This document shows positions 38,470 to 48,392 of a stretch of DNA of 59,852 nt, in pieces. The translations under genes were made by a program, and so were the position numbers. The stretch's first letter is position 1. Every line of letters starts with the position of its first letter. The notes beneath the pieces are model-generated. The model did no database searches. It was not told the DNA's origin and saw nothing but the letters and a program-made list of their open reading frames with translations. The stretch is taken from sequence record SRR20825006_1852; one strand, written 5' to 3'.

Positions 38470-39065
38470 GCGGACATGCCGGTGCGGTCTCTGATCTAGT
38501 CGATCAACTCAGCAAGCTTCCCGGGATCGGTCGCAAAAGCGCTGAGCGGTTGGCGTTTCACTTGTTGCGAGTCCATGAGGATGAGGCATTGGCGTTGGCG
38601 TCGGCCATTCGCCGGGTTCGCACCGACGTGAGATATTGTTCGGTTTGCTACAACTTGTCCGAGACGGAGTTGTGCAGGATTTGCTCCGATCCCAAACGCG
38701 ACACGACCCGGTTGTGTGTCGTCGAACAGCCCCGCGATCTGCTCAGCCTCGATGCGTCCGGGGTCTATTCCGGTCTGTACCACGTCTTGCTCGGTCGAAT
38801 TGCACCCCTCGACGGGATTACACCCGACCAACTGACCATCGATTCACTGGTGGAACGGGTGCGAACCGGAAATTTTTCTGAGATCATCATGGCGACCAAT
38901 CCAACGGTCGAAGGCGATGGGACTTCTCTGTATTTATCGAACTTAATGCAGGAATTTCCGGTGGAAATCACACGATTGGCTCGTGGGATCACGTCGGGCA
39001 GTGTCCTGGAATATGCCAATCGTGAAATAATTGCCGATGCGTTGACGGGTAGGCAGCGGTTATAA
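38466..39065 (+). CDS. recR: Recombination mediator RecR
   Basis: LPGIGRKSAERLAFH, C4 zinc finger CSVC...CRIC, YHVLLG, ATNPTVEGDGT and TRLARG motifs. Confidence 0.96.
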   Translation: MSGHAGAVSDLVDQLSKLPGIGRKSAERLAFHLLRVHEDEALALASAIRRVRTDVRYCSVCYNLSETELCRICSDPKRDTTRLCVVEQPRDLLSLDASGVYSGLYHVLLGRIAPLDGITPDQLTIDSLVERVRTGNFSEIIMATNPTVEGDGTSLYLSNLMQEFPVEITRLARGITSGSVLEYANREIIADALTGRQRL

Positions 39066-39084
39066 TCCTCAGGCCAGTGATGAA

Positions 39085-39101
39085 TTGGCACCGAATTCGC
39101 T
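39085..39101 (+). promoter_or_regulatory. Sigma-54 (-24/-12) promoter-like site upstream of rpoN
   Basis: TTGGCACCGAATTCGCT has TGGCAC and the exact GG-N10-GC spacing; it ends about 68 bp upstream of the rpoN ATG. Confidence 0.6.
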
Positions 39102-39168
39102 CACTCGGTTCTCGCTGAGGTGGCGACCTTCCCTTCGATTCACGTCACGCATTTCAGAAAAGACTCTC

Positions 39169-40665
39169 ATGCGGATGTCAGTGGGGCTTCAGGCCCGGCA
39201 AAGCCAAGTACAGAAACTCGCTCCACGGATGATCCAGTCGATGGAAATCCTGCAGATGCCCACGTTGGCATTGCAGGAACGCATCGAGCAGGAGATGAAC
39301 GAGAATCCTTTGCTGGAGCAACAAACCGGGGATCCATTGAACCCGGACGATGGCGATGACGAGATCCCTGACAAGGACACTCGCAGCGAAAGCGAAAAAG
39401 AACTTGTTGTTGACAACGATCACGACAACAAGGATGACTTCGAGCGTTTGCTGAACATGGACTCGGATTTGCCAAGCACATTTGATGATTCATTCCGTCA
39501 AAGTGCGAACCGCATGTCAGAAGACGCTGACCGTCGCCACGACATGATGGCCAACGCTCAGTCGCGTCCCGAATCGCTGAACGACTATTTGCTGCATCAG
39601 CTCGCGGAGATGGACATCGATGACGAGGTGGAGCAAATTGCCGAACGCATCATCAGTACGCTGAATGCTTCCGATGGCGGGTATCTGCGGATGCCGTTGG
39701 CTGATCTTTTGCCATCTGGCCATTCGAAGGAAGACTTTGAAAAAGCCGAAGAAGCATTGGCAGTGGTTCAATCATTGGAACCAAGCGGAATCGCAGCTCG
39801 CGATTTGAGCGAATGCTTGATCTCGCAATTGGATCCCTCGGTCGCGCACTTCGATGAGCTGTCGACATTGATTCGATCGCATCTCAATGATCTGGCGGAG
39901 AACCGACTCCCGCAAATCAGCAAGAAAACCGGTTTCTCAATCGAGTTGATTCAAGAGCTTCGCGAAGAACTGCATCTCTTGAATCCGAAGCCAGGCGCAG
40001 CGTTCTTGGAGACCTACGTTCCGAACGTGACACCAGACATCATTTTGGAGCAAGATGAAGCGGGCGAGTATCGAGTTCGCCTGGACGATGATCGAGTGCC
40101 GACTTTGTTCATCAGCGAATACTACCGCCGTCGATTGCAAGCTTCGGATTGCTCTGATGCGGAGCGGGAATTCATCAAACAAAAGATCAACGGCGCGCAG
40201 TGGCTGATTGATTCGATCGAACAACGTCGCAGTACTTTGACTCGGGTATCCGAAGCCATTGTCGAGCATCAAAAACGGTTCTTGGATGAAGGTCCAGAAG
40301 CGATTGAGCCTCTCAAGATGCAGCAAATAGCGGACAAGGTCGGTGTCCACGTGACAACGGTGAGTCGCGCGGTGGACGACAAATGGATTCAAACTCCCCG
40401 CGGAATTCTTCCGCTACGTCGGTTTTTCGTTGGTGGGACCCAGACCGAAGACGGCGACGATGTAGCTTGGGACACGATCCGCTTGAAACTCCAAGAGCTG
40501 ATCGACAAGGAAGACAAGAGCAAACCTTACAGCGACGAAAATCTTGTCGATGAGTTGAAGAAAGCTGGTATGACCGTCGCCCGCCGAACCGTCACCAAAT
40601 ACCGAAAGAAGATGGGGATTCCTAGCAGTCGTCAACGTCGCGATTGGAGTCTCACCGCGTCGTGA
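39169..40665 (+). CDS. rpoN: RNA polymerase sigma-54 factor
   Basis: Region I QKLAPRMIQSMEILQ, ENPLLE, EPSGIAARDLSECL, HTH GVHVTTVSRAV and RpoN box ARRTVTKYR; start at ATG 39169. Confidence 0.96.
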   Translation: MRMSVGLQARQSQVQKLAPRMIQSMEILQMPTLALQERIEQEMNENPLLEQQTGDPLNPDDGDDEIPDKDTRSESEKELVVDNDHDNKDDFERLLNMDSDLPSTFDDSFRQSANRMSEDADRRHDMMANAQSRPESLNDYLLHQLAEMDIDDEVEQIAERIISTLNASDGGYLRMPLADLLPSGHSKEDFEKAEEALAVVQSLEPSGIAARDLSECLISQLDPSVAHFDELSTLIRSHLNDLAENRLPQISKKTGFSIELIQELREELHLLNPKPGAAFLETYVPNVTPDIILEQDEAGEYRVRLDDDRVPTLFISEYYRRRLQASDCSDAEREFIKQKINGAQWLIDSIEQRRSTLTRVSEAIVEHQKRFLDEGPEAIEPLKMQQIADKVGVHVTTVSRAVDDKWIQTPRGILPLRRFFVGGTQTEDGDDVAWDTIRLKLQELIDKEDKSKPYSDENLVDELKKAGMTVARRTVTKYRKKMGIPSSRQRRDWSLTAS

Positions 40666-41843
40666 TGTCGGCCTCGAAACGATCCACCATCGTTGTCTTG
40701 GCAGTCATGAATCTGAGCTTGATGCTCACGGTGGCTGGCCTTTTGTTCTGGCATCCGAGTCCTGTGCGGACGGCGCCGCCTGCGATCGAAACTCAGCGGT
40801 CGATGGTTGCTTCGGAGGCCAGCGAAGAAGCTGCACCGAAGGTTCCGGTACATACTCCCACTGCAGGCAATTTGGCTGATTCAGAGTCGCGAACGATCGA
40901 ATTGTTTCGCGTCACATCTCCTTCTGTCGTTCACATCACGACGTCCAAGGTGGCACGTGACTATTTCAGCATGAACGTGCAGGAGATTCCGCAAGGCAGC
41001 GGGACCGGGTTTGTTTGGGACAAAGCCGGGCACATCGTGACTAACAACCACGTCATTCAAAATGCCGATGTTGCGATGGTTGCGTTTGATGATCAAACCA
41101 GCTTTCCCGCGAAGCTCGTTGGTGTCGCCCCTGACAAAGACTTGGCAGTTCTTCTGATCGATGCACCGCCAGAGCGTTTGCGTCCGATTCCACGAGGTGT
41201 GTCGGCGGATTTAGAAGTTGGCCGGACCGCACTTGCCATCGGCAATCCATTCGGTCTCGATCAAACACTTACGACCGGTGTCATCAGCGCGCTCGGTCGC
41301 GAAATCAAATCAGATTCTGGTGTGCCTATCAAAGATGTGATCCAGACCGATGCTGCGATCAATCCCGGCAACAGCGGCGGTCCTTTGTTGGATCGGTCGG
41401 GACAACTGATCGGCGTGAACACGGCAATCTACAGCCCATCGGGCGCCTACGCGGGAATAGGTTTCGCCATCCCCGTCGATACGGTTCGGTGGGTTGTTCC
41501 TGAACTGATCGAATATGGTCGTATCATTCGTCCCGGAATCGCGATCACAGTTGCTAGCGATTCGATGAGCAAGCGTTTCAAGCTTCCGCCTGGGGTCTTG
41601 ATTCTGGATATGCCCGAACGCGGGAACGCTGAGCGAGCGGGATTGCGACCGACCCGTCGGACTCGCTTCGGAGACATCGTTCTTGGTGATATCATTGTCG
41701 CGGTCGACGAGATGCCTGTCGCATCAACAGCGGACCTGACGCTGATTTTTGAGAACTACGAAAGCGGTGACGTTGTCGACTTGACCGTGATTCGTCAGGG
41801 GACCGAGTTGGTCCTGCCCGTTGAACTCGAAACATTGGATTGA
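40665..41843 (+). CDS. S1C (HtrA/DegP-like) serine protease with PDZ domain
   Basis: N-terminal TM, GSGTGF, VTNNHV, DLAVL and IQTDAAINPGNSGGPL motifs, one PDZ domain; TGATG overlap with rpoN. Confidence 0.92.
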   Translation: MSASKRSTIVVLAVMNLSLMLTVAGLLFWHPSPVRTAPPAIETQRSMVASEASEEAAPKVPVHTPTAGNLADSESRTIELFRVTSPSVVHITTSKVARDYFSMNVQEIPQGSGTGFVWDKAGHIVTNNHVIQNADVAMVAFDDQTSFPAKLVGVAPDKDLAVLLIDAPPERLRPIPRGVSADLEVGRTALAIGNPFGLDQTLTTGVISALGREIKSDSGVPIKDVIQTDAAINPGNSGGPLLDRSGQLIGVNTAIYSPSGAYAGIGFAIPVDTVRWVVPELIEYGRIIRPGIAITVASDSMSKRFKLPPGVLILDMPERGNAERAGLRPTRRTRFGDIVLGDIIVAVDEMPVASTADLTLIFENYESGDVVDLTVIRQGTELVLPVELETLD

Positions 41844-42996
41844 TCGAATTCGCACTTCAACCTCAACCGTATCGAATCCCTGGTACGAAGTGAGCAATGT
41901 TGACCAGGTTTATTCACCTGGGTTATTGGTTTACGCCGACCGAGTCCAAGCCAATTTGGACCGCATGATCGAGATGGCGGGCGGAGCTTACAAGCTGAGG
42001 CCACACGTCAAAACTCACAAGATGCCTGCCATTGTTGAGTTAAGCATCGCGTCCGGAATCACTCGTTTTAAATCTGCGACGATCGCGGAGGCCGAGATGA
42101 CCGCGGAGGCTGGTGCGGTGGATGTCCTTTTGGCGGTTCAGCCGGTTGGGCCAAACATCGGACGGTTCGTGAGGTTGATTCAGCGGTATCCAGGATGTGT
42201 GTTTTCATGTCTCGTTGACGATCTATCCGTTTTGGCGAGCTTGGAAGCTGCGTTTGAATTAGCAGGTCTTCGGGGAAGTGTTTGGATTGACATTGATGTC
42301 GGGATGCATCGGACGGGGATCGCACCAAACGATTCCGCAACCGAATTGGTTCGCTCGATTCAAACCAGCGATCATGTTCGGTTGGCTGGGATTCATGTTT
42401 ACGATGGTCACCTGCACGATACCGACTCGGAAAAATTGAGGCGTCAATTTGACGAAGCCGTGAAACCATTCTGGATTTGGTTTGAGGGCATCCAGCGAGC
42501 GATTGGCGGGCAATTGAATCTGGTTGCTGGTGGAACGCCCACCTCCGCTTTTTGGCAGGCCGACGCACAAGCTCGGCAAGTGAAGGTTGAAACAGGTGCG
42601 GGGACAACCGTTTTGTGGGACGCGGGTCAGCCTACTTTTTCGCCCTCCATGCCGTTTGAAGCCGCCGCGGCAGTTTTGACTCGCGTGATCAGTCGGCCGA
42701 CCGAGTTCGATGTTTGTCTAGATCTTGGACACAAGGCGATTGCGTCAGAAATGCCGCTGCCTCGTGTGAGTTGGCTGAACTTCGACGACGATCACGAAGT
42801 TGTTGGGCACAACGAAGAACACATGGTTCTACGAACGAAGCAACCTTGCCAACTTCGTTGCGGCGACGTGTTGTATGGGGTTCCCGTTCACATTTGTCCG
42901 ACGGTCGCGTTGCATCGACACGCGGAATGCGTGCGTGATCATCGGGCGATTGAAAAGTGGCCCGTCGTGGCCCGGAATCGAATGCTGTCAATTTGA
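41821..42996 (+). CDS. PLP-dependent D-threonine aldolase / D-serine dehydratase family enzyme (fold type III)
   Basis: LRPHVKTHK (PLP lysine), DVGMHRTG, YDGH, GGTPT, DLGHKA, NEEH and PVHICPTV motifs; TTG start uncertain. Confidence 0.85.
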   Translation: MNSKHWIDRIRTSTSTVSNPWYEVSNVDQVYSPGLLVYADRVQANLDRMIEMAGGAYKLRPHVKTHKMPAIVELSIASGITRFKSATIAEAEMTAEAGAVDVLLAVQPVGPNIGRFVRLIQRYPGCVFSCLVDDLSVLASLEAAFELAGLRGSVWIDIDVGMHRTGIAPNDSATELVRSIQTSDHVRLAGIHVYDGHLHDTDSEKLRRQFDEAVKPFWIWFEGIQRAIGGQLNLVAGGTPTSAFWQADAQARQVKVETGAGTTVLWDAGQPTFSPSMPFEAAAAVLTRVISRPTEFDVCLDLGHKAIASEMPLPRVSWLNFDDDHEVVGHNEEHMVLRTKQPCQLRCGDVLYGVPVHICPTVALHRHAECVRDHRAIEKWPVVARNRMLSI

Positions 42997-43039
42997 GGGT
43001 GGAAGCTCAGTTGAGCATTCTGGCGAAGTCGTTTACGTC

Positions 43040-44530
43040 TTAGTTCAAACGAACTGGGTTGGTTGCCTCTTTGATTTTCTTTCGCATCAACTCGATCGAC
43101 GCCTCTTGCCCGGTGAACAGCTTGAACTGGTACGCGGCTTGTCGAACAAACATGTCGACTCCCGTGATCACGCGAGATTGTTTCTGCGTCGCTTGTTTGA
43201 TCAGAAGAGTGTTTTCAGGGTTGTAGACTGTGTCGAATACAACCATGAATTGGTTGAGGGCCGACTGATTGAAGGGAGTGTTGTCGACGTCGGGGTGCAT
43301 CCCAATGGGCGTTCCGTTGATCAGAAGCTGGACCTTTGCCTCGTGCCGTTCTTCCCAGTCGATCACACGACAACCGATGTCAGCAGCCAACATCTCGGCT
43401 CGTTCACGTGTTCGCGAACTGATGGTGACGTCGCATTTGCGTTGACGTAGTCCCCACGCGATGGCACGTGACACGCCGCCGGCACCGAGGACCAGAGCTG
43501 TTTTTCCTTGCAGCGAATTCTCGGTTCCCCGTTCGATCTTGAAAGATTCTTCGATGCAATCCATTGCGGCGCGATAGTCGGTGTTGTAACCGAGGCGATC
43601 ATCGCCGTTGAAGATCATCGTGTTGATCGCGCCGATACCGGTGCAACTGGATTCTGCCTGCGTGCAGTATTGAAGCGCCGACTCCTTGTGGGGAATCGTG
43701 ATACTGATTCCTTGAATACCCAGTTCCTTGCAAGTCCGCATGAAGGATGGAAGGTCATCTTTCGGCACACGCAGCGGAAGGTACCGTGCGTTCAGTCCCG
43801 CGTCGACGAAAGCAGCGTTGTGGATCAACGGGCTGTGGCTATGAGCGACCGGATCCGCGATCACGCCGAATAAAGCGGTGTCTTCCTTGATGGTCTCGTA
43901 ATGATAAACGCTGTTCATCTCTTTCCAGTTGAGCTGGCCAGGAGCAAGCTTCTTGTCGGAGCTGAATGTTGCGTAGGTGAACGGTGATCCGACACGGTTG
44001 GCCAGGATTCGCGTTAGCATGCCGATCTCGCCCATGCAGATCCCGATCGTCGGAATTTTCGCGTTCTTGCAGAGGTTGATCATTCGGATGTTGTCCGAGA
44101 ATGAATTCGCCATGCAAGCGATTTTGACGATGTCTGCGTCTTCCGCCGCCATGGCCTCGTGCAGTTCGTCCAAATTCTCCGGAGTGCCACTGAAGTCGTG
44201 GTAGCTGATGATTCGTTTGGTGTTGCCGTAACGCGGAATCTGTGCCGCGACGTCGGCTTCGATGTCGACGTACTCGGCACCCGCAGCGATAACGCTCCGC
44301 AGGAGCATCAAGCGATCTTGCTCGGATCTTTCCCACCGACCGCCGTCTTCTTTCCTGCGAACCGTGGCGACCACGGGACCCGGACGGTCATTGAGTAATC
44401 GTTTCAGGTCAACGGCGCGAGAAATGTAATCGAGACGCAATTCTACGAGCTGAGCACCTTGTTCGACCAAAAACTGGTGCTCGGCGATCATGCGTTTGTG
44501 GCGGGCGCGGCCGAGACTGACACAAATCAT
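43040..44530 (-). CDS. aroDE: Bifunctional type I 3-dehydroquinate dehydratase / shikimate dehydrogenase
   Basis: N-terminal ELRLD, ISYHDF, DIVKIA and APGQ motifs; C-terminal HSHSPLIHN, TIPHK, AINT, NTDY, LGAGG, NGTPIGM, DTVYNP and MFVRQA motifs. Confidence 0.92.
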   Translation of the reverse strand: MICVSLGRARHKRMIAEHQFLVEQGAQLVELRLDYISRAVDLKRLLNDRPGPVVATVRRKEDGGRWERSEQDRLMLLRSVIAAGAEYVDIEADVAAQIPRYGNTKRIISYHDFSGTPENLDELHEAMAAEDADIVKIACMANSFSDNIRMINLCKNAKIPTIGICMGEIGMLTRILANRVGSPFTYATFSSDKKLAPGQLNWKEMNSVYHYETIKEDTALFGVIADPVAHSHSPLIHNAAFVDAGLNARYLPLRVPKDDLPSFMRTCKELGIQGISITIPHKESALQYCTQAESSCTGIGAINTMIFNGDDRLGYNTDYRAAMDCIEESFKIERGTENSLQGKTALVLGAGGVSRAIAWGLRQRKCDVTISSRTRERAEMLAADIGCRVIDWEERHEAKVQLLINGTPIGMHPDVDNTPFNQSALNQFMVVFDTVYNPENTLLIKQATQKQSRVITGVDMFVRQAAYQFKLFTGQEASIELMRKKIKEATNPVRLN

Positions 44531-44727
44531 AAATGTTCGGTGGTCGGGATAGAGGATGGATGCGGCGAGACTTCGCCACGAGGTTATAATAGTCGGCAGC
44601 GTTCCGAAGGGCAGTACGGGAGGCCGATCTCAACGTCACAAATTGTGCTGAATTGACCATGTTTTACCGCCGCAATGACACGTTTCAACGCTTCCAAGAC
44701 ATCTCGTCGGCTAGAAAGGTTCCCGCC

Positions 44728-46020
44728 ATGCTTCGCTTCGGTTGCTGCTTTGCCTTGCTGTGGGGCGGATTTGTTTTGCCATCGGTGACCGCAGAGGATC
44801 TCAGCTCTCAGATTTGGCCCACATCGAGAGGTGATTTTGCCGCGACGGGTTCTCGCCCGAAGGGGCTTGCCGACGGTTTGGTTTTGCAATGGGAAACGAA
44901 AACCGCCGAAGCAATCGAGTCAGCCCCAGTCAGCGACGGCAAACATGTTTTCGTCGTTGATGTGATGGGTGGAATCGAAGCTCTCAAGCTCGCAACGGGA
45001 GAGTCGCTTTGGCGCCATGAACTGGACACAGGGTTCGTTGCTTCACCTTCGTTGTATGTTCCGCAAAACATCAGCCAAACGATTGGTGCAGTGAATGTTT
45101 TTGATGCCGGTGATCTGCCCGAAGACACCTCTCCAATGACGGCGGAACAGATCAATGCTTGGGCGACGACTCAGACCACTGTGTTGGTGTCAGGAGATGT
45201 TGAAGGGAATGTGGTAGCTTGGGATCCAGCTTCGGGTGAGCAGCTTTGGAAAGGTCTGACCGACGGCGAGATCAGTGCTTCGCCATCGTTCTATGTGCTG
45301 CGTCATCTTGGAGCATCCGGCGAAATCGAACTGCAACCGAGAGCTTTGGTCACTAGCCAGGACGGCAGCTTGTATTGCTTCGCGATGAAGTCCGGAGAGC
45401 TGATCTGGAAATACGAAACCGGCGATCAAATTCGGTGTGGTGCTTCGGTCGGCGACGGGAAGACCTATTTAGGCGGTTGCGACGGCGGCCTGCACGTGGT
45501 GGATTTGACCACCGGAAAGGCTTCGCGGGATGCAATTCCACTTGGCGGACCAACTGGAAGCACGCCAGCGATCCGCGACGGCAAATTGTTTGTGCCGATC
45601 ATGGATGGAGTTTTGTACGCTTTCGCTCCGCAGAACGATTCCGAAGAGGACGTCATGCCGACGTGGGAGTACAGCGATCCCGATCGAGCGCAAGAGTATC
45701 GCGGCAGTGTTGCCGTGAATGATGATGTGGTGATCGTTACGAGCCGAAACAAAACAGTCGATGCAATTGAGCGTTCATCAGGCAAACTGCGTTGGAGAGT
45801 GACACTGAAGCGACGTGCTGACGCCTCTCCCGTAATTGCCGGCGACGATGTTTGGGTCGCTTCCACCGACGGTCGCCTTCTTCGTTTGTCGATCGAGAAC
45901 GGTGATGAAAAATGGAATTTCGAGATTCGGGGTGCCTTCATTGGCGAACCCGCCATCGTAGGGGAACGCTTGGTCATCGCGGATGACGAAGGTGTGGTTC
46001 GAAGTTTTGGGCCGAAGTAG
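44728..46020 (+). CDS. Secreted PQQ-like / BamB-type beta-propeller repeat protein
   Basis: Signal-like N-terminus, WPTSRG and repeated ..D..TGE.LW / G.L.W blade motifs; AGAAAGGT precedes ATG 44728. Confidence 0.85.
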   Translation: MLRFGCCFALLWGGFVLPSVTAEDLSSQIWPTSRGDFAATGSRPKGLADGLVLQWETKTAEAIESAPVSDGKHVFVVDVMGGIEALKLATGESLWRHELDTGFVASPSLYVPQNISQTIGAVNVFDAGDLPEDTSPMTAEQINAWATTQTTVLVSGDVEGNVVAWDPASGEQLWKGLTDGEISASPSFYVLRHLGASGEIELQPRALVTSQDGSLYCFAMKSGELIWKYETGDQIRCGASVGDGKTYLGGCDGGLHVVDLTTGKASRDAIPLGGPTGSTPAIRDGKLFVPIMDGVLYAFAPQNDSEEDVMPTWEYSDPDRAQEYRGSVAVNDDVVIVTSRNKTVDAIERSSGKLRWRVTLKRRADASPVIAGDDVWVASTDGRLLRLSIENGDEKWNFEIRGAFIGEPAIVGERLVIADDEGVVRSFGPK

Positions 46021-46128
46021 ACATTTTTAAGAAATGCGTTTCTGAACTCGATTCGAAGCTCACCGGTTCGGTGTTTGCAGCCAATCGACTATTCTGAAGT
46101 AGACCATTCGCACGCAAACGGGAAACCT

Positions 46129-47475
46129 ATGACGACTGCATCGACCCAAGACGAGTCTCGCGAAAAACAGCCCGAAGGCAGCAAGACTGAAGTCGGTAGT
46201 TACTTCATCAGCAATTATCCGCCCTACAGTCAGTGGAAGGCGGATTCGCTCGACGAGGTGAAGCAGCGGATGGCTTCGGCGCCGACCAGTGAAAATCCAC
46301 TGGGTTTGTATTTGCACATTCCGTTTTGCCGGAAACGCTGCAAGTTTTGCTATTTCAAGGTTTTCACTGACGTCAAAGCACAAGAAGTCCAACGCTATGT
46401 CGATGCGTTGTGCAACGAGATTTCGATGGTCAGCCAGTTGCCTGTGATGGGTGATCGGCCGTTCCGCTTTGTCTATTTTGGCGGAGGCACACCCAGTTTT
46501 CTATCACCGAAGCAATTGACCAAGCTTGCCGATCGATTGCGAGAACACATCACTTGGGACGGTGCCGAGGAGGTCACGTTCGAGTGTGAACCAGGCACAC
46601 TGAGTGAGACCAAGGTCAAAACGCTGCGAGAGCAGTTGGGTGTGACCCGATTGAGTCTCGGGATCGAGAACTTTTCTGATAAGTTGCTGGAAGAGAACGG
46701 GCGAGCGCACCTTTCCAAACAAGTTTTCTCGGCCTGGGAATGGATTGAAGCGGCTCAGTTTCCCAACGTGAACATCGATCTGATCTCGGGGATGGTCGGA
46801 GAGACGTGGGAGAATTGGAAAGATAACATTCGACGAACAATTGATATGTCACCCGAGAGTGTGACGATCTACCAAATGGAACTGCCGTTCAACACGGTTT
46901 ATAGCGCGGACATCTTAGGGAACAAAATCCAAAGTCCTGTCGCGGATTGGCAAACCAAACGTGATTGGGTCAGCTATGCCTTCGATGAAATGACATCGGC
47001 GGGCTACAAAGTCAGCAGTGCCTACACATTGGTCAAAGATACGGGCAAAGTTAACTTTTCGTACCGCGACAACTTGTGGCGAGGTGCCGATTTGTTAGCG
47101 ACTGGCATCGCGAGTTTTGGGCACGCCGCAGGTGCTCATTACCAGAACTTGCCGCACATGGAGCAGTATCTCGGTGCGATCGAAGGTGGAGAGCTGCCAC
47201 TGGGACGCGGGTTTGTGCCGACCGAACACCAAGCATTGATCCGCGAAATGATCTTGTTGCTAAAGCGTGGGTTCCTTGAGCGTGAATATTTCCAATCGAA
47301 GTTTGACGTTGATATCGTTGAGAATTGGAAACCGGTCTGGGATGGATATGTGGAAGAAGGGTTGGCGGAGATCCATGCCGATGAAGTGAAATTGACTCGC
47401 GAAGGATTATTGCGAGTGGATTCGATGCTTCCTGCGTTCTTCGAACCTGAACATCAGAACGTTCGCTACACATGA
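46129..47475 (+). CDS. HemN/HemW-like radical SAM protein
   Basis: LYLHIPFCRKRCKFCYF (CxxxCxxC), VYFGGGTPS, RLSLGI and NIDLISG motifs; start placed at ATG 46129. Confidence 0.88.
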   Translation: MTTASTQDESREKQPEGSKTEVGSYFISNYPPYSQWKADSLDEVKQRMASAPTSENPLGLYLHIPFCRKRCKFCYFKVFTDVKAQEVQRYVDALCNEISMVSQLPVMGDRPFRFVYFGGGTPSFLSPKQLTKLADRLREHITWDGAEEVTFECEPGTLSETKVKTLREQLGVTRLSLGIENFSDKLLEENGRAHLSKQVFSAWEWIEAAQFPNVNIDLISGMVGETWENWKDNIRRTIDMSPESVTIYQMELPFNTVYSADILGNKIQSPVADWQTKRDWVSYAFDEMTSAGYKVSSAYTLVKDTGKVNFSYRDNLWRGADLLATGIASFGHAAGAHYQNLPHMEQYLGAIEGGELPLGRGFVPTEHQALIREMILLLKRGFLEREYFQSKFDVDIVENWKPVWDGYVEEGLAEIHADEVKLTREGLLRVDSMLPAFFEPEHQNVRYT

Positions 47476-48392
47476 TGCAGCGTGCTGTTTGGCGGACATC
47501 TCGGCGTGCTTTAGAAATCGGCCGACGTCCGCTAGTGATGGGGATTCTAAACGTCACCCCGGATAGCTTCTCGGATGGAGGTCGGTTTGTCGCTCCCGGT
47601 CAGCAGTTGACCAGCTCGCAGACGTTGGAGTTGGCAGTCGATGCTGCGTTGAAGATGCAGGCCAATGGAGCCGACTTGATCGACATCGGCGGTGAAAGTA
47701 CGCGGCCATATAGCGATCCGGTGGATGCCGATATTGAGATCGAACGAGTGGTTCCGGTAATCGAACGGTTGGCCGATCGCTTGGCCATTCCGATTAGCGT
47801 CGACACCAGTAAAGCAACCGTCGCGAATGCTGCCATCCAGGCGGGTGCGGAGATCGTCAATGATGTGAGTGGCTTGGAGGGCGATCCAGAAATGCCAGCG
47901 GTTGTTGTCGAGTCACTCGCTGGAGTCTGCGTCATGCACATGCAAGGCAATCCGCAGACGATGCAGGATGATCCCAGCTACGGCGACGTCGTTGAAGAAA
48001 TCGAGCGGTACTTGTTGGCTAGACGGCAGGCGTGTTTAGACCTTGGAATTGAGCCAGAGCGAATCTGCCTCGATCCGGGCATCGGTTTTGGGAAGACACA
48101 CGACCACAATTTGACCTTGCTGCGAGCGACCAGTCGTTTTGCTTCACTTGGATCGCCCATTTTGATCGGCCATTCTCGAAAGGGATTTATTCGCAAAGTC
48201 CTGGATCGAAACGAACGCTGTTCGAAAGACGATTACAACCCAATGGCCGGCACGTTGGCCGTTTCAATGGCGGTAGCAGCGGCGGGTGCCCATGTCATTC
48301 GAGTGCACGATGTGGCAGAAACGGTGCAAGCGTTGGACTTGTTTGAAGCATCCGGTGGGCTGGAAGTTTCATTCAACGATCGTACTATCTAA
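47472..48392 (+). CDS. folP: Dihydropteroate synthase
   Basis: MGILNVTPDSFSDGG, IDIGGESTRP, ISVDT, DPGIGFGK, GHSRK and IRVHDV motifs. Confidence 0.96.
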   Translation: MMQRAVWRTSRRALEIGRRPLVMGILNVTPDSFSDGGRFVAPGQQLTSSQTLELAVDAALKMQANGADLIDIGGESTRPYSDPVDADIEIERVVPVIERLADRLAIPISVDTSKATVANAAIQAGAEIVNDVSGLEGDPEMPAVVVESLAGVCVMHMQGNPQTMQDDPSYGDVVEEIERYLLARRQACLDLGIEPERICLDPGIGFGKTHDHNLTLLRATSRFASLGSPILIGHSRKGFIRKVLDRNERCSKDDYNPMAGTLAVSMAVAAAGAHVIRVHDVAETVQALDLFEASGGLEVSFNDRTI

